Positions 36,101-48,592 of a DNA stretch of 64,000 nucleotides are shown here, one piece after another. This DNA comes from Paraphysomonas bandaiensis. Taxonomy: Eukaryota > Protista > Chrysophyceae. The translations under genes and the position numbers were made by a program. Every line of letters begins with the position of its first letter. Position 1 is the first letter of the stretch. The DNA is taken from assembly GCA_965644295.1 (NCBI GenBank), contig CBFFRP010000216.1, positions 62,001-126,000 on the forward strand, in the 5' to 3' direction. The notes under the pieces were generated by a model that had not been told where the DNA came from, made no database searches, and was given only the letters and a program-made list of their open reading frames with translations.

Positions 36101-37852
36101 TGGTCGTGTACGGCGGAAACGGCTACAGCGTAGGTTGGCGAACGCATCGGTGTTAGGAGAAATAAATATGGTTGAGGTGCCAGATGCATGCACTGTTAAC
36201 TTTAAACATGCAGAGTTTCAACATGATGATTTTAAGACACCAGACTCCTATGCTGAAGCAGAGAGATCTCCACAGTACATGAAGTGGAGAGAAGCTCGGA
36301 AGGTGGAGAAGACCTCACTACTGAAGAGACGTGTCTTAAAGATTGTGCGGACTCCACGAGGAGTGAAGTTGGTGCGAGCAAAGTATGTTCACACGGTGAA
36401 GAGAGACCTTCTGGGGAACGTAGTCAAGTATAAGGCGCGGCTGGTTGCATTAGGGAATCTACAAGAAAAAACGGAGGAGGAGCAGTCCACGTTTGCTCCA
36501 GTGGTCAAAGGAATAACCATTCGACTGGTTCTTGCAATTGCCTTTATGTTTCATATGCATGTACATCAGTTGGACGTATCATCAGCGTTTTGTTATGCCG
36601 ATCTTGAAGAGGATGTGTATATGGCACCTCCACCTGATGAAGAGTTGCCAGCGGGGTGGTGTTTTCAATTGATCAAGGCCTTATATGGTTTGCGGTCATC
36701 ACCGAGGCAGTGGAACAAGCATATTGACAAGTTTATCAAATCGTTACATTTTACTGCTTGCATTTTAGATACATGCTTGTATATGCGATGGAGTAATGGT
36801 CAATTGCACTTATTGCTGATATATGTTGATGATATTATCATTGCATCTGCTGATCTCACCTACTTAGAAAGTGTTAAACGTAGGTTCTGCGAAACGTTTG
36901 AAATGCATGATCTGGGTGTGTGCAAACGGTTTCTGAATATCAGAATCACGAGAGGCGAGGACTGGTACATGTTAGATCAATCGGAATATGCCAAGAATAT
37001 TGTCAAGAAATTCAGTTCGTTTATGGGAAAGAGCAGTAAGAATAAGGAGACTCCACTACCTACCAATGTTCAGGACTTGTTGGCAGAGCAACGTGAGCTG
37101 ACGGAGGAGCAGAAGCAGTGGGTCGAATCATTTCCGTATAGAGGAATTATTGGAGCGGTGTTGCATTTGGCGATTCACACTAGACCTGATTTGGCTTACG
37201 CTGTGGGGTTATTGGCTCGATTTAGTACTTCTCCAACATATGCGACTTGCAGATTAGCTATTCATTTGTTGAAATATTTACGTGGTACAGTTGATAAGGG
37301 AATCAGATTCAGTGGGAGTGAGTTTGATTTACATGTATTCAGTGATTCAGACTGGGCTGGGGATAGGATGACTCGGCGATCCACAACGGGATACATCGTG
37401 TTTTTATGTGCGGGCGCATTGGCCTGGCAGTCCAAGCTTCAGACCACAGTTGCGACTTCGAGCATGGAATCTGAGTATATGGCGGAGTATGCGGCTTTGC
37501 AAGAACTGGTGTGGCTTCGGGGGTGTTCAAGGAGCTCGGACTCTTGGTAGCGAAGCCGACTCCATTCTTTATGGATAGTAAGAGTGCAAAGGATCTTTCA
37601 GAGAATCCAGTGTATCATAAGAGGTCGAAGCATATTGACATCAAGTATCACTGGATAAGAGAACATGTTAATGGAAAATTTCCTACAGCAAAGTTGATTC
37701 ATGTATCTACGGATGATATGGCGGCCGATATTTTTACAAAGGCGTTGTCCACGAAGATCTTCAGCCGTCATGAGAAAACGATTACCGGGGTTAAGAGGAG
37801 TGTGTCTAACAGTGTGGAGGAGCAGCAGAAGAAACGACCCCGAAGAGGTTAA
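33096..37852 (+). CDS. Copia gag-pol polyprotein with a 1-nt frameshift in RNase H
   Basis: Zinc knuckles, protease YIDTCCS, GAG-pre-integrase LLHRRAGH..CDVC, integrase HADGARE/EMNAIEER, RT LDVSSAF..YVDD, RNase H SDSDWAGD..RSKHIDIKYH. Frame changes at the G5 run 37519-37523. Confidence 0.95.
33113..33124 (+). promoter_or_regulatory. Primer-binding site, probably for initiator tRNA-Met
   Basis: TGGTAGCGAGCG immediately after the LTR; complementary to a tRNA 3' end with U72, an initiator hallmark. Confidence 0.7.
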
Positions 37853-38031
37853 AGGTGTGTTTTAGTGGGTGAAAATCCCACATAACTGTATATCTAGTTG
37901 ACTGCTAGATATATATGTATCTTTAAAAGATTTCACATCTGTTTTTACCTATGGGACTAGATAGTCATAGCATTATCAGATTATTGTGATCACTGTTGTT
38001 TTATCTCACTGCATTCTACATTGAGTGGGAG

Positions 38032-38325
38032 TATTAGAATATGGATCTTATTCTAGTATATTCAGTATGTCACTTCAAGACAATGTACGAGAATACAGTG
38101 AAATATAGTGATGTACAAATGCTGTGATGATATTGAGAAACTGAAATAGTTTGATCGTTCAAGATATGTTCAGTAACGAGAGGTTCGCATATGTAGGATA
38201 TTATGCAGGGATTATAATGAGTTAGTGTTGGTTATCACAACTTCGTGTAAACGATATTAATAAATCTATCTAGTCTTACGACAAATTCTCTCTGTGATCT
38301 AGTGTAAAATGAGCGTTTCTCAACA
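38032..38325 (+). repeat. 3' LTR (294 bp)
   Basis: Identical to the 5' LTR. Confidence 0.97.
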
Positions 38326-38864
38326 AGCCATAGTGTAGGCTCACTGGTACACCACCTATCACACCAAGGCTTAGCACTGACTCCACCACCCGCCTACCCG
38401 TGTATCAAAGTGGCTGACTGCATAGATCACGCGCATATTCTGTTGCCGCCCCACCTGTGTTCACGTTCGCTAAGATTACACGGGATTTCTATACCTACTA
38501 GCACGGCAATTGGCCGAGCCCCTCCTTCCCCTGAATGTGCGGGGTTTCTCGTAATCATGTATGGACCATTCAAGTAGTTTAATCAACACTAGAACTTTAC
38601 TAGGACACGCCCTCGGAATGGGACAATTACTATAAAAAATCAGTGTTCAACGCAGTTAGACTCACAGGTTTACATGTTGTTCTTGGGAATATTTCATGAT
38701 ATAGATTTCTAAACTAAAGTGAGCTGATAGTTATCAACTGTAGAAGACAAAACTCCTGAAATCTGTATATATCAGGCGCTGGTGTTATGGGTTCTCTGTG
38801 TATATATTATATAAAATATCGTGCATTTATTTTATAAATAAACGACTACACACACCCTTTCAGT

Positions 38865-41800
38865 CTAAAATACTACTTTATGAAAGAATGACAACCACTC
38901 CAGTGCAACTTCTCGATTCCTATGAATCCTTTCCTTAAACTTCATAGCAATTGCTCGAGACTGTTGACTTCGAAAGTCATAATTAAACACTAATTTTTGT
39001 ACAAGCTCACTATAGTGTGAGGCATTATTTGCTACAAGATCAGTGTGATCCATTTGCTGATACATACCCAACGAATACCTTCCCCTATAAAAAAGTAATT
39101 CGAAATTATATCGTAACTACTGCATATAAATATATAATATACACATGAATAGTTGAACACAAAAAATATATGCAGTAATCTGCATACAAAACACTGCACG
39201 ATGTAATACTTCACGCTTACAAGGTTGTTCTTGATAATACCTGACGTGTTCAAGAGGAAGTGTCACCATAGGAATTCCGTTAGACATGGCATCGTGAGAA
39301 GTCAAACAACCTACATGACAATATCACAAGCTATTAAGATATTTACCGAACTAATACACATGCAACACTTCCCCAGATCAGTAAATTAAAATTTTATGAT
39401 CACAATAATAAATCAGAAACAATCAGAAACGCCGCATAGGGCCTATGGTAAAGAGAAATGTAGTAACCCACGCTACGCAAGTGGTAGTCTACCTCCATAA
39501 GGAAAAGTATCAAGCACCACAGTAGCATGAAGAAGCAAATCAATGTAGTGATTATAGTGTACAAATCTCAAGCGATGTAACACGTAGAGTGGATCCCTTT
39601 CAGAAAGAAAGTCCCTTGAAGTGCGATTCACACGATCGTGGCGACTCCAATCCACGTTTCCACAACAACTTCCCGTTGTCGATTGACCATCTCGCACAGA
39701 TCGACAGCAAATTTCCTGTTGCTTTTCTCTCCATCTCTCATATATCAGGCGGTTCCAGGAACTAACTTTCTCACGTATTACGATAATGTACATATTTTCA
39801 GGTGTATTGGACAGAATATCGAATATCACGTCATCAAAATCAGGGTGTAACTTAAAAAGGCGCCCTATAACTACTCCATACTTGGACCCATCCGGAATAC
39901 CGTAAGTAGATAGAGGAGGAGAAGATTCAGGACTTATCTGTACACAGCCAATATGAAGCGGCACGTGATATTTCTTGTATAACATGTTCGTAGTTCATGC
40001 TTACATGTCAATACAGAGTAGACAGAATAGTGGCCACGACTATCAAACACAATGCAACCGTTGTAGAGTCAGTTGTACACACTACCGTAATAGTACCTGA
40101 ATATAGGGGGCAGTATTCATATTACTCATGCGCACTAGTTGTTCCGTATAATGCGAGGGACCAGCATTCGGAACCTAAACGAATAGTTAAATTGTACACA
40201 AGATATGAATATTTCCATAAATCAGCAACTATGCTCAACTCCATGTGGATATGTCCAACAAAATAAACACATTTTCACAATGGCAGCATATAAACACTAT
40301 ACCTCAATATCCAATCCGAAAAAAAAGTCTATGGATGGCGATGCAGTAGTAATGGGGTGTCCCCACCATGCCACCTACAAACCAACAGTAATAGTATTTA
40401 CATAACAGAAACTGATAGCAAATGATATACCTGTATAGGTGCCAGCCGCGCATGTGCTAGCACATAACTCAACATGTCCATACCTACGTCACCGAATACT
40501 AATATGTCCAAACTATAATCCTCTCCGCCGACCACTTCCCTAATTACCTCAACGTCATCAGAAATACGTATAAATCTAACTCCTAGAACATTGTCTAATA
40601 TGTCTGTTATCTGGTCCTGTTTTCGACTGCCATCAGTAATTTGCTTGTCGATAAAAAACACGTAGACCGATATATTATACGTTTGTGTAGCGATTTCGAG
40701 TCGAAGATACGCTAGCAGTTCTGCCAAAATGCGGCCAATAGAATGGTCGTAGAAGTAAGACGACAGAAAACCAACACGAATTTCTTCCCCTGCAGATTTT
40801 TCCAAATTCTCTCTATTTTCGGATTGACGCTGAAGTCTGGGAGATACATAACTAAATTCGGGACATAGTTGCTGAAAAGCATTGCTGATAGCGGTTTGGA
40901 TATCTTTATCATTGAGACCCTGGTGGGCCATATGAAACGGTGTAGAAGCACTATCCGACGTTAGATCCTAAAATATAAATTATAACACGATAACTATAAA
41001 ACATTAAATGTCCGCTGATATCGCCAGTCGATTAACAGGTAAACCCGAATATATACAATATCTACCTGCAACGATACAGTGATATGATTGTCCCTAATAT
41101 CATCTGTAAAGATCTGGAGATCCTCTATCATATGTTCTCTAAATGTTAGAGCAATATTGCTATCTGGAGGCACAGGGGGAATTGTGAGAAGAACACGAAG
41201 CCTGTGCACTGCAGAATTCGCAGTCATATCTTGTTTACGGTAGAGCAATTCAACCTTTATCACAGAATTACAACTAATACATAAAGCTAGTCCATCTGCA
41301 CACATGATACATATTCTGCACATATTACCTTACCTTTGATGCATACTTTGTGGCTATATCTAGCAGGCCTCGAATTCTATAACACTCAGCAAGCAAATTT
41401 GAGGACCGTAGAACTACCCTCTTGTCATCAGAGTCAACTACATAATGAGCCAATATCATTGCTTGGTCATATTTTTCTAAATTAAAAAGTTCCTCTGCAG
41501 CAGCAAGTACATCTGACGAACTAAACACGTTCAAATTCTCAAGTAAATCGTCACTTCCAAAGCGTAGTCTAGAGTCATTCCGGACAAGGCCATTGTACAA
41601 ATCCAATGTCATACTCTTAGCTTTATTAAATTCTTCTATAGTCGTTGTATCTGCATTATAAAGCCATTCATTCATATCAACACTATGCAGTAACTCGACT
41701 GGAGATACTCCGCGCAGATAATCCTCAACACTGCTGCTGTAACGCTCCTCGACTTCGATCCGAAACGAGTCCTCATCCACACAATGCAGTTGAGAACACA

Positions 41801-41978
41801 AGAATTGTACTGTACTCTTCACACTATTGAGCATAGGATCGATAATGACCTGCAACTCCTGCCCTTGGAATGAAGCCAGAGTAACTGCATGAGTCCTCAT
41901 GTCTCTTGTGAAGGCCTCTGCTACGGAGACAACAGACACAAGCAGCAGCAGCAGCAGATAGTGTATTGAACATAACAT
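38865..41978 (-). CDS. GT41 (SPINDLY/OGT-family) glycosyltransferase with a signal peptide and TPR-like helices; multi-exon
   Basis: Motifs IRVGFLSSYFYDHSIGR, LDILVFGDVGMD..ARLAPIQ|VAWWGHPIT, LFKLHPDFD, VLDTFPYGG|CLTSHDAMSNGIPMVTLP. Confidence 0.88.
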
Positions 41979-43511
41979 TGCGTTTGTTCTTACAGATGAG
42001 GGATTAGGCAGGAGTGATTAGGAGTGTCCTGACCTTGACTGAGGTTCTGATATCGTTATTATGTCACGCTTCTCTGTGCACTGAGTGCCACTCCTCAAGC
42101 AGTGGGCTGTTATGAAGTCCATGGAACAGCACATATACAGCACCAATATCTCCGCTTTTTAGAATAAAATAGAGTTTTTCAGAAAACACGCAGTTTTGAG
42201 ACCCCAATATCCCCATATCATTCAAAACCCGTTACAAAGATATCCGTGCGCCTCTGCACCATCATCTAACGATCACATCTGCTTGTGCACTCCAGTCAGC
42301 ATGTCATGGGGGGTTCTCATGCAGGTCGTGTGTGTATATTGGTCAAGGGAGGTGTGGTTATGGCTGTGAGTATGAGATGAAGGGCCTCTGCATTGGTCAG
42401 TTGCTTGTGTTGGATCGCATGGATGGTCGTGCAGATGGAGGGCTGACTGGACCATAATATTCAATACAATTCAACCGAAATAAAGTGTTTGTTGAAGGTC
42501 GATTATAGACCATCGTGAGTGTGGAAGGATTGTATCGGCATGTAGCTATGAAGCGGAAATATGTACCGACTCTAAAGCTTTCAACTCATGGGGTATAGGA
42601 CTTTAAGAGTTTCGGTGAGAGCGGAAGCGGCCCAGGATGATGGGGTCTAGAGCAACGGAGTCATCTAGTGGAGTGCGGCGTATGCTCTTGTGGGCAAGCG
42701 TGTCCACAATCAGAGCAAAGGCTATTGGTATAGCACTTATCCCAGGCGCAGACTATTTCTCGTATGCACTTGGTCAATGGTGTGTTGTATAAGTAGCCAG
42801 TCACTGCGTAGACCATGAGATATTCTTGCGTGAAGTTCGTTTTTTATTCACAATAATGTCTAACTTAAACCGCAATTAACTAAACGTAACAATTGAACAT
42901 GTATGAACATATCTCACAGGTGTAATGCAATTTCTTAGATCGATAATGCAAGAGCATTATAATTTGTCTATCCATGATTTTGCCACATGTATCCTTCATT
43001 CAGTGAACAGTCGAATTTAGAAATTTTATAGACTTTGTAGCCAGCTATGAAATCCGACTTCTTTAATTGCGTGTTCCGTATTAACTCAGAATTGCGCCTG
43101 CCTCACAATACCCCACGAATCAGAAACTAAACGTGCGAAGAAGAAACAGTTTGGGTTGAGGGTTTTGTAATCACAATGATAATGTAAGATGGGGGGACAA
43201 TCATATGCCATATAATAATGTAATATATAAATGACTTGTTACAATACATAGAAAAGAGTTTGATATCACTTTTTAAAATTATAATATAGTATAAATTTAG
43301 TGGATCTATTATCCTCCGAACGTAGCTGTTTTTTATTCTCAAGTATATTTTATCGATTACTGTCGCCATGTGAAGAATAATGCTGTGCAATGAGGGGCGC
43401 AATAAATAATGTTGGGCTATAGTCATTCATACATTTGATATATTCTTGAATTATTACAAATATTCTCCATGGCTGATTCTATACTTCTACAAAGCTCGTG
43501 ACAGCCTTATA

Positions 43512-46500
43512 TTATTCCATATACATTGCCCCTGCAGTACTACTTTGATTTTTCGAATCTAAAATGTCACCAACTTTTCTCTTCCTACTAGCAGCAGCTG
43601 CTGCAGTTTTAATGGCCTTGGCATCTTGCTTTGCCTTGACTCGCAGTCCTTCCATATCTTCAGAGTCGTCCTTAGCGTATTCAATCACCAAATGGCGGCC
43701 ATACATATGGGTATTCGTTAAAGCCGCCTTGGCAGCGGCTGCTTCTTGTTTTGTGTTGAAGTCAACGAACGCAAATCCACGGTGCACCCCTCCGAGCTTT
43801 TTCGGAATGCGAATCGTCTTAACTGACCCAAACGAAGAAAATAAGGCTCTCAACTCCTCCTTAGTAGCTTGAAATGCAACGTTACGCACAATGAGTTTAT
43901 TTGTACCGTCCTTTTCCTTAGCGGCGGCAGCAACGGCCGCAGGTGCGGCAGATAAGCGCTTATCAGATGGTTTCACTTCGAGTGAGTGTCCATCTAGCAC
44001 AGTTTTATCTATCCGCCCCACCATACTACTCGCCCCACTCGTTTTAGTGAACTCAATAAATCCAAACCCCATCGATATATTGTGCCCGTTCTTCTGTTTT
44101 TGAGGTATGGATACTGCCCGAATTTCTCCTCGATTGATACCGAGCTTTCCAGTCAAATGACGCATCAAACCATCCTCCGTTGTAATAAAATTCAAGTTTT
44201 TCACAAATAATGTCGAATAGTCTCCTAAGTCATCTGCAGCTGGAGTTGAGGTCGAAGCAGTAGGAGTTGATGGGGAATTTTTCTTAGATTTTTCTCTATT
44301 TTCAGCAGTAGCTTTTGATTTATCAATAGTATTTAGTGGTGCCCATTCAAGATATAATGGTACGTGATGGTATCGCCTGTACGCCAGGCCACTGAATGCC
44401 TTGCGTGCATCAGCAGGTTCGATGAAATCTACTAACGCAACTGTTTTGCTCTTTGGGACCAGAAAGGAAGAAATGGCACCATACCTATATGAGCATTAGG
44501 TTTTGAGAGATAGATGTCCACCGCATACATATACAGCTTCATGTAAACTACTTAAACAAAAACTAAACAATGTACCTTGAAAACATGTCCTCTAGCTCAT
44601 CTGGCACCATATCATGTGGGAGATTTTTGATAAGCATTGTCGTTGAACTTCGTTTCACATCCTTGGTAGTGCCATCCGATTTTGAAGACGAAGTGTTTCT
44701 GCCTTTTTTTGATGAGGATAGGGCAGATTCTAACACCTCCAAGTCTACACCATGCGCTGCGAAATATTCCTTATTTTCCTGGAGAACGTGTGTTTCGCCT
44801 ATAGCCAGACGGACAGCAAGTTCTCCTCCTCCCGATCCATCAGTGTCCAAAATTTCGCCACGAGACACTCCATACCTAAAAAAGAGCATAAGGAACATTC
44901 GTCCTAGAATATATTATTTGATTTTCATGTAGTATTCATTAATTTCAGGGAATTTTAAGGCTGATGACACATCCACAGCACAATAGCAACGTTTAATACG
45001 TCACAAGCAGGATTCATTAATCTATTCATGTGCATGACTACAAATGCAAAGTACAATACCTATCTGATAGAGAATCCACAACCGCATCGGATCGTACAAA
45101 TGACGCATTCCACCCTTCACGCTTGTTCGCCATTTTCCTTCTCTCTTCTTCTTTCTTACGCTGAAATGCACTCAAATGAGAGTTCTTTAAGTTATTGTCG
45201 TTGTCTTCTTGCTTTTTATGTTGAGACTTAGCAAAAAGAACATGCAATAGGCGGCCTTGAAACGATGTACCGTCAAGCGCCTCCAAAGCCTTTTGAGAAT
45301 GTTCTGGGAACATAAACTGCACAAACCCGAAGCCTTTTCCTCTTCGATCCGCATCTAGTGGGAGGTGTGTCTACAGAAGAAAAATTTGAATGGGTTTTGA
45401 TACGAAGTATAACACAAAAAACATAAATATTTATTCAAGTTCTATTCTATCTAGTAGAAGCTACGATACAGAATGAACATAGTAAATCAATTCATATTAT
45501 ATTAAACGGTAAATTATATTATACTGTATATAGAGCAGTGGTACCTGCGAAACTGGACCAAACTGGCTGAAAAGCTCAGTCAACTCTTCTTCGCTGCAGC
45601 CAAATGGCAAGTTACGGACAAATAATCGTCCATCCTCCCCTTCCATCTCCTCCTCCTCTGCTGGTTCATCAACGTCCATACTACTTCCTCCTTCCACATC
45701 TACATTTTCCTCTTCGATTACATCAGTTTCGTTTCTAACTTCGTCATCATTTTCGTCGTCATCGAAGTTATCCACAAATCTAACTTCTTTAGTCGCTTTA
45801 TTAGACTTCGACTTCTTGTGTGAAGGAGAACTTCCATCACCATCATCACTTTCATTGTCTTCTTGACTATTATTATCGGAATCACTATCTGAATCAGAGT
45901 CCGAAATATGCTTGCTGACTTTCGCACGAAGAAAATCCATATCGGATAAAGGAGCAGATTTGCTCACACCTTTACCTTTAACTTCGTCTTCACTTTCTTC
46001 GTCCTCACTACTACTACCTTCATGCACAAGGGCACCTTTGGCACTTTCTTGGTATTCTTCATCACTGCTGTCGTCATCACTACGTTGATATATGTCATGT
46101 TACGACAAAGTGTACTGCTAAACTACTGACCTCATTGGGTTTAACGTCTTCATTTGCTGCTCCTGAAGAGCCTTATAACTATCGTCATTATCCCAAACAT
46201 TTGCTTGACGGCGGCTTTTCATAGCCTCCATGAACTCCAGTTTGGAACGGTCAATGGGTTTCTTTTCAGGTTTGGTGTCCTTTTTCTTCTCTGCAATTTT
46301 GGCAGCCTCTTTCTCCTTTTCTTTTTGAATCTTTTCAAGTTTTTGTTTGGTATGACGACTTTTTGCCGAGCTTAAAGTCGGGTCACCCAGTGGTTTTGCC
46401 ACTTCAACACTCATTCTAGCTGTTTGAATGAAGGTATTGTTGAAATACTTTTGAGCCTCTTGACATTGCGCTTCATTGCGAAATCCAATAAACGCAAACT

Positions 46501-46627
46501 GACGCGACTTTCCACTCTTAGTTTTAAGAATGCGAACATCTGTTACCTCTCCTTTACTGCTAAATAAATCCTTCAGTTGTTTTTCATTTGTTGTTTTCCC
46601 GATATTCTTAACTATTAATCGGGACAT
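43512..46627 (-). CDS. MRD1: Multiple-RRM pre-rRNA processing protein
   Basis: MSRLIVKN..G.SRQFAFIGF, RLFVRNLPF, FQGRLLHVL, AVRLAIGETH, PLYLEWAP, KLIVRNVAFQAT..HMYGRHLVIEYA; typical of MRD1/RBM19. Confidence 0.95.
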
Positions 46628-47270
46628 AGTAACACGTGAGCGCTGTGACGGTTATCTTCTGCTCACAAACACTGACATTTCAATTAACAGATTCCTTCTT
46701 ATTCGACAGTGTGACTGGTATTAAACTGACCCAGTAGATGATGAGGGTTAATTTAGTAGAGAGCAGCTCTTATCTATCCAACCAGTAACACATCTATGTA
46801 TGTATGTGTGTAGAGTACATTCTATATATACATGTACAGTACAGTACAGTATAGTCAAACAACCCACACCATTGAACCACTTGTATCAAATCATTTTACA
46901 GGAATGCTTCTGGAAGGCTTTTCATTTGATAATGCACTTGGAAGGCCAATTCTCCATTTCTTCCGAGAACTTGAAGAAAATGTGGGGTTTATACCTCTAA
47001 AAACCAAGGAAATGTGGGTATAAAACACAGGTTATTATAATTTGTGGGAGTGTTGTTCTACGGCTTTTGGGCAGAGTACTTTGCCGTATATATGATCTCA
47101 TATATTCCCTTATTAACCAGTCTCATCTTATATTACCCTGCCATGATCATGAGATGAAGGAGAGTAGAAGATATTAATCGACACTGTTGCCACAGTTACA
47201 CACAATATATAATCATTCTTTATTTTAATCTGCGCTAAGAGTGCAGTGTACAGTATAGCGAGTAGAGGTA

Positions 47271-48005
47271 ATGAGAAGGGCTCTAGCTAACAGTGACAGA
47301 GTCGGAGAAGAAACTACTCAATTGCTGCGGTCGAATATCAGCACACGAAATAATTACCAAACATACAGTGATTTGTGTAATCGAGCTTTGCGAAGTTTAG
47401 AGCTACTTACTGTGCAAGGACCTCGGGCAAACACTGTTCCCAGCGTAAATGAGACACCGACTGCACGGTTCAGAGGTTCTGTGTATTTACCACTTCAATT
47501 CTTTGTCGATTTGGGAGATTATCTGGACGGCAGATCGTTTCGGTCGCTGCAATGCGTCTCTAAAAGTATTTTTAGTGCCCTGACTCTGGCACAATATAAT
47601 GATATAGAATCCGGTATGCCAATGTATCGAATTGACCCGTCCAACATCAGCAACAGACTACGCGGGGCTGTAGCAGCTACGAGCCCGCACAATATGACGC
47701 CTCGTAGTTTCGTATCCCATGATGATTTGGAAGATGACGTTCAGTCAGAAGTGGATATTGATAGCGCCAGCGACGTGTTCATGGCACCAGTATCGAGGAT
47801 ACAGTCGCTTGGTCAATTTTTGACCAGTACTACGCTATTATGTATGCTGGCAATAGGCATTTATTGGGTTATTACCCACCAGTTTGCGAGTATGGACAAC
47901 TTATTTGTGCTGAGTGCTGGAATTTGTTTGATTATTGTTGTATACATGCTCTCCATATGGGAAAGGTTGCGGCTTAGTGATTCGTTCTACTTGACTCTCA
48001 GTTGA
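47271..48005 (+). CDS. F-box-like protein with two C-terminal TM helices
   Basis: LPLQFFVDLGDYLDGRSFRSLQCVSK resembles the F-box consensus; two hydrophobic stretches at the C-terminus. Confidence 0.6.
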   Translation: MRRALANSDRVGEETTQLLRSNISTRNNYQTYSDLCNRALRSLELLTVQGPRANTVPSVNETPTARFRGSVYLPLQFFVDLGDYLDGRSFRSLQCVSKSIFSALTLAQYNDIESGMPMYRIDPSNISNRLRGAVAATSPHNMTPRSFVSHDDLEDDVQSEVDIDSASDVFMAPVSRIQSLGQFLTSTTLLCMLAIGIYWVITHQFASMDNLFVLSAGICLIIVVYMLSIWERLRLSDSFYLTLS

Positions 48006-48592
48006 GAAATATAAAACTATTGGTATAGGAAATAAGACGACTTCATCCTATCATGCTAGTATGAAATTAGCGTTTTGGGTTATTTCTTTCGTAGTTGTAT
48101 GCTCCAATTGGGTTGGGTGACGCGAATGCTTGAATTCGTTGTGCTCAAGATGATCTAGCAGTTTATATTACCTTCTTTTTTGTGAATCAGTTAAATAATA
48201 TTATTTTAACTTCTGATGAATAAGCGAATAGTTTTAGATATAGATATATTAGTATCAACGTATAGCATCTTGCCTAGATGGCTGGTATAGGTTCGTCTCA
48301 TTGTGACTTTCTTAAGATTGGGATTCGTGCTTGATAACAGCATTGTACCCAAAAAGATAGATAATTAAAATCAGCCTCTTTTAAGATTTTCTTTTAGCAG
48401 TTGGCTCATGGTGTTTAAAGATCATGAAAATGTAATTAGTTTATGATTGTGCTTCAAAATGAGTATTTTCATTATAAACGACCATAACGATTGGCATTCA
48501 ATATAATGATAACACCGTTTCTACGAAAGATGTAAAAAACAATAACGACAACTATGAGGGACGAAGTCTGCTGCACGTAAGATAGTTCTCTA

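Larger units (their letters stand above)
32819..38325 (+). mobile_element. Full-length Ty1/copia LTR retrotransposon
   Basis: Identical LTRs, 5-bp TSD AGCCA (32814-32818 / 38326-38330), PBS, PPT gagtgggag (38023-38031), domain order gag-PR-IN-RT-RH. Confidence 0.97.
32791..38630. mobile_element. ~330-bp MITE interrupted by the copia element
   Basis: Imperfect TIRs gcacttttccattccgagagcgt (32791-32813) and acgccctcggaatgggacaattac (38607-38630), flanked by TA on both sides. Confidence 0.55.

Noticed and set aside
42235-42840. GC-richer intergenic block, perhaps a decayed retroelement (similar blocks at 940-1480 and 30700-31060)
   Set aside because: No diagnostic motif, termini or second copy in the window
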